A stretch of 64,000 nucleotides of DNA, from positions 124,001-188,000 of the forward strand of contig VJWM01000117.1 in NCBI GenBank assembly GCA_010909165.1. The letters run 5' to 3'. How positions within the stretch are numbered: position 1 is the first letter of the stretch; every line of letters begins with the position of its first letter. The position numbers and the translations under genes were made by a program. The notes beneath the pieces were generated by a model that ran no database searches, had not been told where the DNA came from, and saw nothing but the letters and a program-made list of their open reading frames with translations. This stretch comes from Anthoceros angustus (lineage: Eukaryota; Plantae; Anthocerotophyta). This document shows, one piece after another, positions 47,523 through 58,479 of the stretch.

Positions 47523-48759
47523 TCCATACGAGAGTATCAAGAGTATCAGTTCTTTTGAGACCGAGTCCAAATAGGGTCAAGAGTATGAGCGTTCCTTTGA
47601 GACCGAGTCCAAAGAGGGGCAAAATTGAAAATAGCGGTGAAGACATAGGTTGAGAGAAAGACAACTAAAACTAAGTGTTCTTTTGAGACCGAGTCCAAAT
47701 AGGGACAAAATGTGCCAATGGTGCAGTGTCCACATTTCAAGGCCATTTACTCAAATTGGACAATGGCTTTGGAGATTCTCTGAAGAGGAAAAAAACTATT
47801 ATGGAGATGACTACTTGGAAGCGTGCAACCCGCTAGCAGAAGCCAAAGATGCTAGAGGTGTTGCACCAAGGTGCTGAAAGTAGTTATCTTGAAGAGAGGG
47901 GAGGATGAGATTTGTGGCTATTTCATGCCTTACTTGGCTATAATTTTTGTAAGATAGGTCATCGGAAAGCTTGTTTTAAACTCATCATGTTCAGCGAACT
48001 TGGATATTGAGGTTTGTCAGAATTGCCCGATGAACAATTTGTGCTCTCTGAATTTCAAACTCTGAGTACGTGTTCCACATATGTTTACACGGAATGAGCT
48101 ATAGCTTCAATTTGATTGCCACCGATTATTACATTTTGGTTGTGTTTAGCATAAGTTACGAAAATGAGCATCTTTGGTACCAGGCCTCAACCCGAATGCT
48201 CTATGTTTTTGGCTTTGAAAAATAGCTCATCCTGTCGCCCTTTAGACACGTTTCAATTTAATTACCCTGTACCAAAATTCGGTTATGTCCAGCAGAAGAT
48301 ATGTATGACAACGTGCATCTCGTATACCAGGCCTCACTCTCGCGTGCTCTACATCTTTGGGTTCTTTGCCACTCACACGGGATGCGTCCTCGTTCTCATA
48401 TGTGTGCATGATGTGCCGAATGGCTATCCCGTTCTCATGTATGTGCCCATGTGTTACAGCAGACGTATGTTTCCATGTCTTTACATGGTGCACTCACCCG
48501 GCTCCCGGCTCGCGCTCCCGATCGCAAGTCACGGATGAGAGAGAAAGATGGTAGGCCCCACCACATCAAGGCAACCAAGCATTAAACCCCCGACGAATTT
48601 TAGTGAGCGGCCGGATGCCGGGCGAGTGTAAAAAGATCAGGGCATGCACCTCGCTTGTCCAGGATGGGACAAACGGCGATGCTGCCATGGCAGTGAAGAA
48701 ATGGGTTGAGGCGAGAAAGACAACTAAAACTAAGCATTCTTTTGGGACCGAGTCCAAAT

Positions 48760-49232
48760 AGAAGAAGAAGAAAAAGAATTCTATTTAAGTTCACTTAGGA
48801 CGGATTTCTGCCATGGGACTTGGTACTTAACAACTTGTACCATGGTGAGACTAAGCTACTTGCACCAAGGGCATCCACTCCCTTTAGGCACCCCATCTAA
48901 GTACCGATCTAAGCGCAGGATGCTTAACCACGACGTTCTTATAAATCTTAAAGGGACCCCATCTAAGTACCGATCTAAGCGCACTATGCTTAATCACGAC
49001 GTTCTTATAAATGTGTGTCCATTTGGCCTAAGAAGAAGAAGAAGAAGAATTTTATTTGAGTCCACTAAGGACGGATTTCCATGGGACTTGGTACTGACAA
49101 CTTGTACCATGGTGTGCTTAAGCTACTTGCACCAAGGGCATCCATTCCCTTTAGGCACCCCATCTAAGTACCGATCCAAGCACAAGATGTTTAATAACGA
49201 CGTTCTCATAAATGTGTGTCCATTTGGCCTAA
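48760..49232 (-). mobile_element. Duplicate of the two head-to-tail ~210 bp elements (part of the 1.7 kb duplication)
   Basis: Units 48760-49031 and 49032-49232. Confidence 0.8.
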
Positions 49233-49723
49233 TCCATACGAGAGTATCAAGAGTATCAGCGTTCTTTTGAGACCGAGTCCAAATAGGGTCAAGAGTATGA
49301 GCGTTCCTTTGAGACCGAGTCCAAAGAGGGGCAAACGGTGAAATAGCAGTGAAGACATAGGTTGAGGCGAGAAAGACAACTAAAACTAAGTGTTCTTTTT
49401 GAGACCGAGTCCAAAATAGGGACAAGAGTATCAGCGTTCTTTTGGGACAGAGTCCAAATAGGGACAAACGGTGCAATAGCAGTGAAGAAATGGGTTGAGG
49501 CGAGAAGGACAACTAAAACTAGAGTATCAGCGTTCTTTTCGGGAGTAACTTGCGAGCCGCGCAGTGAGCTGTGTCATGTTGGATATAAGCCACATCGGTC
49601 TCCTGAATGGATGCTGCTTGGGGCAAGTGAGCGATAGCAAAGCTGGGTCCGCTGCCGCCCAATCAGTGCCAATCCGACCAAAAACTTGTACAAATCGCGG
49701 ATTCATGCAAATTGACGCCAGTA

Positions 49724-52700
49724 TGTTAGAATTGCACAAGGCACAGCAAGCCACCGGGCAATGCGTGAGACAGGATCAACACATAAGCGGACACAAGCGG
49801 AGGTAATGGATGGCACACACAAAGCTCCACTGGCTTAGATAGGCTCCACAGTACACATCAATAGGTGCACGGTGCTACATATATAGCCCTTAGGCTAGGC
49901 AACTATCGAGGAGGTAAGCCCTAGACTCGATGGTGCAATATCCTAATATATCCTAATATACTAGAGTAAGCAGAGGATTGAATCTCTAACACTCCCCTTC
50001 AAGCTAAAGCTACTTACGCCAAGATCCGAACGAAAATGTGCAAACTTTGCGCCGCTGAGCGCCTTGGTGAAGATATCCGCCACCATCTCCTCGGTGCGGA
50101 GGTATGAGATCTGAATCACGCCTTTGAGATCTATTCATGCGAACTACCGGGGAGAAGGTCTCCTCGTAGTCCAGCCCTTTCACTTGAGTGAAACCGCGAG
50201 CCACTAGTCTCGCCTTATGCCTTTCCAGAGATCCGTCAGCATTGTACTTCTTCTTGAAAGTCCACTTGCGATCGGCTTTTCTCCGGGTGGCAAATCAACC
50301 AACGTCAAGCGTTGTTTTCGAGCATCGAATTATACTCAATCGAATAGCTTCATTCGAACTCACCTTGAGTCCGTTTCGTGCTTCCTCAATTGTGAGCGGA
50401 TATCATCTTGAGAAGAAAACACCATTGGTCCGCTCACCATGTTGAGTGGGCATTCTCGAGGACCTTCCATGCGTCGACCCTTGACCGTCTCGGAATAGCT
50501 GCTTTGTTGGTTCGTCCTCTGCATCCTCCAATCTTGGAACTAACTCCTCAACTTCTTTCTTTGTTGTGCTCCGAATTTCCTCCTCAGAAATTCCTGGGAA
50601 CAATAGGTGGTATGACCTCACTGTGGGATGTCCTCACCATCACCCTCCGGTGTGTGGTGATCCTCTTCTGTTGTCATTGGTGGATGCAGGACAAGGAAGG
50701 TGTCTGGATAAACTCGAGTCGAGTGCAGTAAGCGTAGTGCTCTCCATGACTTCCAATATTGTTCTCATCGAACACGACATCGAACTTTCATGCATCGCTT
50801 GGGATCCCTGTCATGTAAGCCTTTCGCTCATTCGCATAACCAATGAAGCTGCACTTGATGCTTACATCGTCCAACTTCTTCGATTGCTTAGGAACATGCA
50901 TATGCTCTGTGACCAAACACTCTCAAGTGTGAGACATTTGGTTTCTCACCAAACCAAGCTTCATGGGGTGTCATAGAGCCACCTAGCGCCATGGTAATTG
51001 ACATATTCATGCGTGTACATGCCACCTGCCCAAAAATATTTTGGCATCCTACTTTCGCTAGCATACTCCTAGCGCCATTGCAGATGGTACGATTCTTCCG
51101 CTCGGCGATCCACACTGTTGCGGCGTGTACCTTCATCAGCCTCTCAATTCCGGCCAGTGCATTCATCCTTGAAGAGTTTACTCAAATACTCTCCTCCCCA
51201 TCGATTCGAAGTTTCTTCAACTTCTTTCTTTGTTTCTCCATGATGCGAACATACGAAATGCTTGGAGGCGTCACTCTTCTTCCGCAGAAGTACACTTCTC
51301 TCTTTATAGTCGTGATAAGCGAAATATAGTATCTACTTTGTATCATCCTTGCTTCCACTTGCATTGGTCCGCAAAGATCGAGTGGACAAGTTCCAAGACT
51401 TCTTTGCTCTCTCGTGATCAAACATAAGACCTTGAGGATGCTTGCCTTTCATACAAGCGTCACAGACCAAGTTCTTGAGCTCCATGCATCACGAGCTTCT
51501 TAGCTCCATCTCCGGGAGAAACTTCAAGTTGGTATGCCCAAACCGTCTATGCCACGATGCATTTCCACCTTTCTCCCACATCGAACCTCTTGGTCGGGAA
51601 CCTCCATCCGGTACAAGTTCCTGTCACGGTGGCCTTTTGCCACCACATCGCGTCATCGACCATTCTTGAAACAAAACTTCCTTCTTCGTAAAAGGACACT
51701 GCGGACTGCATCGGTCAATGGTGCCCACGGACATGAGATTTCTACGTAGGTGCGGTACAAGCGCCACATAGACCAAGTTCTCGCCCGAGCTCCATGCATC
51801 ACGAGCTTCTTCCGCTCCATCTCCGTGAGAAACTTCAAGTTGGTATGCCCAAACCGCTATGCCATGAAGGCATTTCCACCTTTCTCCGACATCGCCGAAC
51901 CTCTTGGTCGTGAACCTCCATCCGGTTGTTCTCAGACGGTGGCCTTTTGCCACCACATCGCCGCATCCGACCATTCTTCGTAAACAAAACTTCCTTCTTC
52001 GTAAAAGGACCCGCAGACCAGATCGGTCAATGGTGCCACATGAGATTTCTACGTAGGTGCGGTACAACAAAGGCCCTTCCATTGCCTTGACCTCGAGTCG
52101 AGCAATCGAGCTGTACTCCCCACACCCTCGGCGCCTATCTCGCTATGGTTCCCTAGGCGCCATGTCTTCTCCCTCACAGTAGTCTTGAAGGGCTCCTTAT
52201 CCTTCACCATAAAGGATGTACATGCGAGAATCTATCGTCGGTGTCGTTTCTTGTGTCTTGCAGCGTGCGATACTTCTTCTGTGACGTTGCCTCCATAACC
52301 TCACCTTTACTCTCACCCTCCGTGAGATGTGCGGTCTTCGATCCTTGCAATCCTTCTCATAATGACCATACTTGAAGCATTTAGTCCCTCTTCACTATTC
52401 TCTTGTCCTTATACATCCTGCGAGGACTCCCCACCTTGTCCTTGTTCCGGTTGTTCCGTCCCTTCCTTGATGAACATCGCATGCTCGGACTGTTGAAGAT
52501 CCCGCCATTGCGTCCAATGGCGAGTCTCCTTCGCCAACATCTTAGAGGTGACCTCCTCCCATGTGAGAGTGTCTTGGGCTATTAGGAAATCTATGAACCA
52601 CGACCAAGCTTGGGCATAGAGCGATATAGAAACATCTTGTATGTCCTCTGGATAGCAAAGCGCTCGTTATGATGCTAGCGCGTAAAAGTTAAATGAAAGG

Positions 52701-53350
52701 TGTCGATGTGCTTTACGTCGTCTCGTCGAATACTTCAATGTCGTCACGACAAAACAAGTGAAATACTTCACCGCTCCCTTCGCCATATTTCTCATTGAGA
52801 AGATTCCAAATGTACTCCGTGCCCTTATGCGGTTCTCCGACCTTCACTGACCGTAGAGATTCATATATAGGAGGCTGTACCCTTGTGGTCTCTCGCATCC
52901 ATTCTCTGCTCTCTCCCTCATCTTGGGTTTGGCTCTTTGCCCTCGGCAATGCCATGCGTCCTCGCCATCGGAGAACCTTCATGGACCTTTTCCATACATG
53001 GAACTCCGTTCCATCAAACACCCGTCCTCAAGGCGCGGTGGTTCTGAGCCCATCGCCATCACAACTCCGTCCTCTCTTATCAAGTCTCGCGATTAGTGTT
53101 CGCTCGATACCATGAGAAGAGCTCGGACACACTGGGCGGCTGCAGGAGCAGGATCAACACAGCGGACCTGGCGGAGGTAATGGATGGCACACACTGCTGC
53201 TTGGCTTAGATAGGCTCCACAGTACACATCAATAGGTGCACAGCCCTTAGGCTAGGCAACTATCGAGGAGGTAAGCCCTAGACTCGATAGTGCAATATCC
53301 TAGTATATCCTAATATACTAGAGTAAGTAGCAGAGGATTGAATCTCTAAC
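49724..53350 (-). mobile_element. Ty1/copia LTR retrotransposon with ~250 bp LTRs and most of RT deleted
   Basis: LTRs tgttagaattgc...aatctctaac(a) at 49724-49991 and 53113-53350. PPT (rc gaaggggag) at ~49992-50000; PBS rc tggtatc (tRNA-iMet type) at 53106-53112. gag 'FDGTEFHVWK', zinc knuckle, 'WHRRFGH', 'DLCGPMQV', integrase 'AERKNRT...ARSML', 'KPNVSHLRVFG'. RT start '[25 protein letters not shown]' is joined almost directly to RNase H end 'ADIFTKAL'. No TSD seen. Confidence 0.88.
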
Positions 53351-55990
53351 TGTGAGAACAGGGTCGAGAGGAAGATGGTTTGAACGCCGAGGCTGGCGCT
53401 GAATTGAAAATGGTATCATAGAGAACACACAGCCACACCCCGAGAGACACGAATACCTGCGTGGCTGATGGAGTGGTTTTGATGCCGCTCAGCCGTGGTT
53501 TCTTCTCTTTCGTTTTTTTCCTCAAACCAGCAGACTGTGCTCTCGATCTCACTTTGCCCAATGGCAGGTGACGGCTACTTGCAACGGTCTGTTTCTCGAA
53601 AATGGAGCAATCAGCGATTCACTTTTGATCGAAAGGTTTGTGGCCGGTGAATCCTGGAGACCAATCCATGTGGGTAGCACCATGATACGATGAGCATCAA
53701 CACTCAGCAGGAAAGCACATCTAGTCAGAGGACAATGGTCGATGTGCGTCACCAAGTAGGAAAGCAGATCCTTGTGGACTGTAGACGGAAACATGGTCTC
53801 CCGCATTATGGACACTTGCTCGGTGCAGGCCATGCCACGGAGGTACGATGTCGGTTGGTTTGCACAACGTCAAGTGAAGGGGAGCGACAATTTCAAAAGT
53901 TACGACCTGTTTTAAGATTTGGGTCAGGGTAATTCCACCCATCATGCCAGAAGGTTTGCGTACGTTCAAATGCGATTGTGTCGGGAAGTGGGATTCGCGT
54001 GAGATGCCTACCAGCAGCACCGTCAGCTGCAGAATGCATCACGCAAGGAAGGAAGGACCTCTGATCTTAGTGGACAGACTACCAGGAGGAAGCCCCACAA
54101 CAGCACGGCCAGGTTGCTGGTTGGGCGGCGGCAACCTCATCACTGTGCCAAGCTTGGCCTTGGCAGTAAATTTGCAACCGGGCCGTTAAAACGGACCAGT
54201 CCACCTGAGGTCTTTCCAAGTTGCGAGAGAATCTCCATCTCATGCCTCCCACACTCCTCAGCAGCTCAGATCTGGGAGCATTGACGGGATGTCGGCTCAT
54301 AGGGATGGGGACCCTCGGTGCCTGCCATCGGGGCTACGCCATTCGCGCTATCCCTGACTCTCAAGCCTGGTACAATGCTCGGCCTCCTTAGGCTTGCCAT
54401 ATTTCTCATTGAGAAGATTCCAAATGTACTGTGCCCTTATGCGGTTCTCCGACCTTGGTGCCAGAGAGAGATTCATATATAGGAGAGTCGTACCTTGTGG
54501 TCTCTCCCGCATCCATTCTCTCGCCTCTCCCTCATCTTCGGTTTGGCTCTTTGCCCTCAGATGCCATACGCGTCCTCCGCCATCGAGAACCTTGGGACCT
54601 TTTCCATACATGGAACTCGTTCATCAAACACCCGCGTCCTCAAGGCGCGGTGGTTCTGAGCCCATCGCCATCACAACTCCGTCTCTTCAAGTCTCGCGAA
54701 TAGTGTTCCCGCTTCCCGATACCATGTTAGAATTGCACAAGGCTGCAAGCCACAGGCGGGCGGGCAGAGATCAACACATGGCGGACCTGGCGAGGTAATG
54801 GATGGCACACAAAGCTCCAGCGGCTTAGATAGGCTCCACGGTGCACATCAATGGGTGCAGCCTTAGGCTGGCAACTATCGAGGAGGTAAGCCCTAGACTC
54901 GATAGTGCAATATCCTAGTATATCCTAATATACTAGAGTAAGTAGCAGAGGATTGAATCTCTAACTGTGAGAACAGGGTCGAGAGGAAGATGGTTTGAAC
55001 GCCGAGGCTGGCGCTGAATTGAAAATGGTATCATAGAGAACACACAGCCACCCGAGACACGAATACCTGCGTGGCTGATGGAGTGGTTTTGATGCCGCTC
55101 AGCCGTGGTTTCTTCTCGTTTTTTCCTCAAACCAGCAGACTGTGCTCTCGATCTCACTTTGCCCAATGGCAGGTGACGGCTACTTGCAACGGTCTGTTTC
55201 TCGAAAATGGAGCAATCAGCGATTCCTTTTGATCGAAAGGTTTGTGAAAGCGTGAATCCTGGAGACCAATCCATGTGGGTAGCACCATGATACGATGAGC
55301 GTCAACACCCAGCAGGAAAGCACATCTGGTCAGAGGACAATGATACGATGTGCGTCACCAAGTAGGAAAGCAGATCCTTGCTGGACTGAACGGAAACATG
55401 GTCTCCCGCATTATGGTCTTGCTCGAGCAGGCCATGCCACGGAGGTACGATGTCGGTTGGTTTGCACAACGTCAAGTGAAGGGGAGCGACAATTCCCCAA
55501 AAGTTACGACCTGTTTTGAAGATTTGGGTCGGGGTAATTCCACCCATCATGCCAGAAGGTACGTACGTTCAAATGCGATTGTCGGGGAAGTGGGATTCGC
55601 GTGAGATGCCCTACCAGCAGCACCGTCAGCTGCAGAATGCATCACGCAGGGAAGGAAGGGACCTCTGATCTTAGTGGACAGACTACCAGGAGGAAGCCCC
55701 ACAACGGCACGGCCAGGTTGCTGGTTGGGCGGCGGCAAACCTCATCACTGTGCCAAGCTTGGCCTTGGCAGTAAAATTTGCAACCGGGCCGTTAAAAACG
55801 GACCAGTCCACCTGAGGTCTTTCCAAGTTGCAGAGAATCTCCCATCTCATGCCTCCCACACCCTCAGCAGCTCAGATCTGGGAGCATTGACGGGATGTCG
55901 GCTCATAGGATGGGGACCCTCGGTGCCTGCCATCAGGGCTGCCATTCGCGCTATCCTGACTTCCCCTGCGGTATGCTCGGCCCCTGGGCT
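52785..55990. repeat. Tandem duplication (~1.6 kb x2) of copia gag start + 5' LTR + APT upstream region and first exon; third LTR copy at 54725-54965
   Basis: 52782-54395 is repeated at 54396-55990. A further ~440 bp duplication lies at 55670-56105 / 56108-56545. Confidence 0.88.
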
Positions 55991-56333
55991 TCGCATTTAC
56001 ACTGCAGAAAACACTTCAGTTTGACGAGCTGTGTTTGTGTGTGGCCTCGCCAGTGCATCAACTTTCGGGACATCACCACCTCCTGCTCCTCGATCACAAG
56101 GCCCAACCTAGTGGACAGACTACCAGGAGGAAGCCCCACAACGGCACGGCCAGGTTGCTGGTTGGGCGGCGGCAAACCTCATCACTGTGCCAAGCTTGGC
56201 CTTGGCAGTAAAATTTGCAACCGGGCCGTTAAAAACGGACCAGTCCACCTGAGGTCTTTCCAAGTTGCAGAGAATCTCCCATCTCATGCCTCCCACACTC
56301 CTCAGCAGCTCAGATCTGGGAGCATTGACGGGG

Positions 56334-57300
56334 ATGTCGGCTCATAGGGATGGGGACCCTCGGGTGCCTGCCATCGGGGCTGCCATTCGCGCTATCCCTG
56401 ACTTCCCCAAGCCTGGTATGCTCGGCCCCTTGGGCTTCGCATTGCACTGCAGAAAACACTCTGTTTGACGAGCTGTGTTTGTGTGTGGCCTGCCAGGCAT
56501 CAACTTTCGGGACATCACCACTCTGCTCCTCGATCACAAGGCCTTTCAGGACACCATTGATCTTTTTGTGGAGCGGTACAAGGATCAGAAGATTGACGTG
56601 GTTGCCGGTACAATGTCAGGGCCCCTTCCCGTTTGATCTTGATCGCTGTTTGCACGAGTCTTAGGTTTGATGTGTTTGGTGTTGCAGGCGTGGAAGCCCG
56701 GGGTTTCATCTTCGGGCCTCCTGTTGCCCTCGCCATTGGCGCCAAATTTGTGCCGCTGAGAAAGCCTAGAAAGCTACCAGGTATTTTGGATTGGAGATGG
56801 TCCTGAGGAGTCTGAAAATTATTGAGGACAGTAGTAGGTGGACTAACTTCCAAGCCACGTTTGATGAACAGGGGAAGTCATTGGAGAGGACTATGTCCTA
56901 GAGTACGGAACAGACAGGATAGAAATGCATGTGGGTGCAGTTCAGCCGGGTGAACGGGCTGTCATCATGGATGACCTGATTGCAACGGGGGGAACCCTTG
57001 GAGCCTCCATCAAGCTTCTCAGTCAGTAGCTTGGCTACTTGTGCATGGCCGCAATCATTGAAGTTCCCGCCTTCTGACAAGTAGCCTGGCTGTTGCACAG
57101 GTAGAGCAGGGGCTGAAGTGGTGGAGTGTGCTTGTGTCGTGGAGCTGAACGATTTGAGGGTAATGCCAGGCCAGCCCTCCAGTTTTCCAACTAGGTTTTA
57201 GGCAGGCGAATCTGAGATCATGCTTCTGCTCTTCTTGCAGGGTCGTGAGAGACTCGGGGATGTGCCTCTGTTCATCCTGGTTGAGTACGAAGGTGAATAG
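56334..57300 (+). CDS. APT: Adenine phosphoribosyltransferase, multi-exon (possible further 5' extension)
   Basis: Spliced: [28 protein letters not shown]|[16 protein letters not shown]...KIDVVAG|[31 protein letters not shown]|EV...[32 protein letters not shown]...|[10 protein letters not shown]...|[23 protein letters not shown]-binding motif intact. Confidence 0.95.
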
Positions 57301-57732
57301 AGGGAAAAACGCAGATGGCCCTAGGAGAAGTACTTTGAAATAGCGGCTTAGCAGCACCTCCTCTTCTCTCCTCCTCTCCTCTTCTCTTCTTCCACAGTGT
57401 TGGATCATCTAGCACGTCAATGGAATCCATACGTGTTAGTAACATTATACCATGAACATTAAGTCAGCATGGGCAAGGAAGCTCTGCTTCATTGAAACAG
57501 TGTCACCCGGTGCGTCGTTCACGAAGACAAGTCACCACGGCACGTTTCCTCTAAAGCCACATTTGTACCTTTGTAGCTTCGACTGGGAAGAAACAAAGTA
57601 CATATAGCCCAAGAAGTGTATAAATGCGGATATCTGTATGTTCACTCTGCAGCATGGAATGGACTTCAGACCTCCAGCAATTCCCCAGGCGTGTGATTTG
57701 CAGATCTGTGTAGCGCCGAACTGCCTGAGGGG

Positions 57733-57963
57733 ATGGAACCCGGTATGAAGAGGCTGATATTTCTGTATCGGCTGAGTCTAGGGGCAGCAGCAATGCTGGT
57801 GCTGGGTGTGACAACGTACGACATCCACCGCTCCATACAGAACAACCGGAAACCGCCCTCAAAAGAACAGTTGGCTGCGCTCTCTGCTCGAATTGAGGAA
57901 TCCCGACAGTCCACCACGTTGCCACTGGGCCAGGAAAACGGCGATGAGTCTGTGCAGCGCTGA
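57733..57963 (+). CDS. Small single-pass membrane protein (76 aa), function unknown
   Basis: Intact ORF with a basic N-terminus, hydrophobic 'LSLGAAAMLVLGVTT' and a 'YDIHRSIQNN..PPS.EQ..AL' segment resembling small conserved plant proteins (recollection, not searched). Confidence 0.6.
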   Translation: MEPGMKRLIFLYRLSLGAAAMLVLGVTTYDIHRSIQNNRKPPSKEQLAALSARIEESRQSTTLPLGQENGDESVQR

Positions 57964-58479
57964 AGGAGGTGGGTTTTGGTGCAGCGTGGTTGAGCTGATC
58001 ACGTGTTGCAGCCCCCAGTAACCTGGTTGCAGCTATCTCACTTCCATTGGTGTAGGTTGTTGTCGTTTCCGAGCAATTGTAATCCAGGTATTGCGCGTCT
58101 CCTTTTTTGCCTCTCTCAGTGAGTTAGCAGCAGAGCTGTCGGTGCTGTGTAGTTACTGCTGCTTTTCTTGATGCAGGAGGCCATCTATTCTGTCAAGCCC
58201 AAGGAATGGCACCGAGGGAGGAGCTTTCCTGTGAGCTCGTTCATCGTACGCTTTTTGCACCCTGGGAAGCGACTGGGGAGCAATGTAACCTGCATGCATG
58301 AGAATGTCTGCTGATGTACTCTGATGATATATTTGTACCACCAAAGCAGGTCGATAGAATGAGAGGAAGATTATGTTAGGGTGACCGTGCGTTTTCACGG
58401 CGTGTCATACTTCCGAGGGTTCGCAAAGTGGAGGAACAGGAGCACAGGCTTGAGGCTTTGAGGATACTTAACAGCAGAA

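Larger units (their letters stand above)
20858..48600 (+). mobile_element. Outer Mutator-like element (MULE-A) with a SWIM-type transposase split by the gypsy insertion; right TIR present twice (~46830-46890, ~48535-48597) because of a tandem duplication
   Basis: Left end ttcgtcgggggtttaatgcgaggttgccttgat..gtggg.cc.acca..ctctctc is inverted relative to gagagag..atggtaggccccaccacatcaaggcaaccaagcattaaacccccgacgaa at 48537-48597. The transposase reads through the gypsy TSD: 'YHPNNEISVGLWIK|AHKDLVWY'. Exact outer termini and TSD not resolved. Confidence 0.65.
46000..49420. repeat. Tandem duplication (~1.7 kb x2)
   Basis: 45996-47705 is repeated from 47706; junction gggacaaaatgtgccaatgg. Confidence 0.9.
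46950..49545. repeat. Compound minisatellite of ~42 bp and ~90 bp units sharing the core ttctttt-gagaccgagtccaaataggg
   Basis: Core at ~47031, 47558, 47599, 47685, 48744, 49269, 49311, 49401, 49443. The long unit adds gggacaaacgg...gaagaaatgggttgaggcgagaaagacaactaaaactaag. Confidence 0.8.

Noticed and set aside
46950-49545. CRISPR-like array (conserved core with intervening sequence)
   Set aside because: The intervening sequences are themselves repeated rather than unique spacers, the context is eukaryotic, and there are no cas genes.
49719-54970. TSD for the copia element
   Set aside because: The left flank cagta does not match the right flank tgtga, and the right LTR copies lack the terminal A, so no TSD is claimed.
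54288-56105. Additional APT paralogues
   Set aside because: Only first-exon fragments carried inside near-identical tandem duplications, not separate genes.
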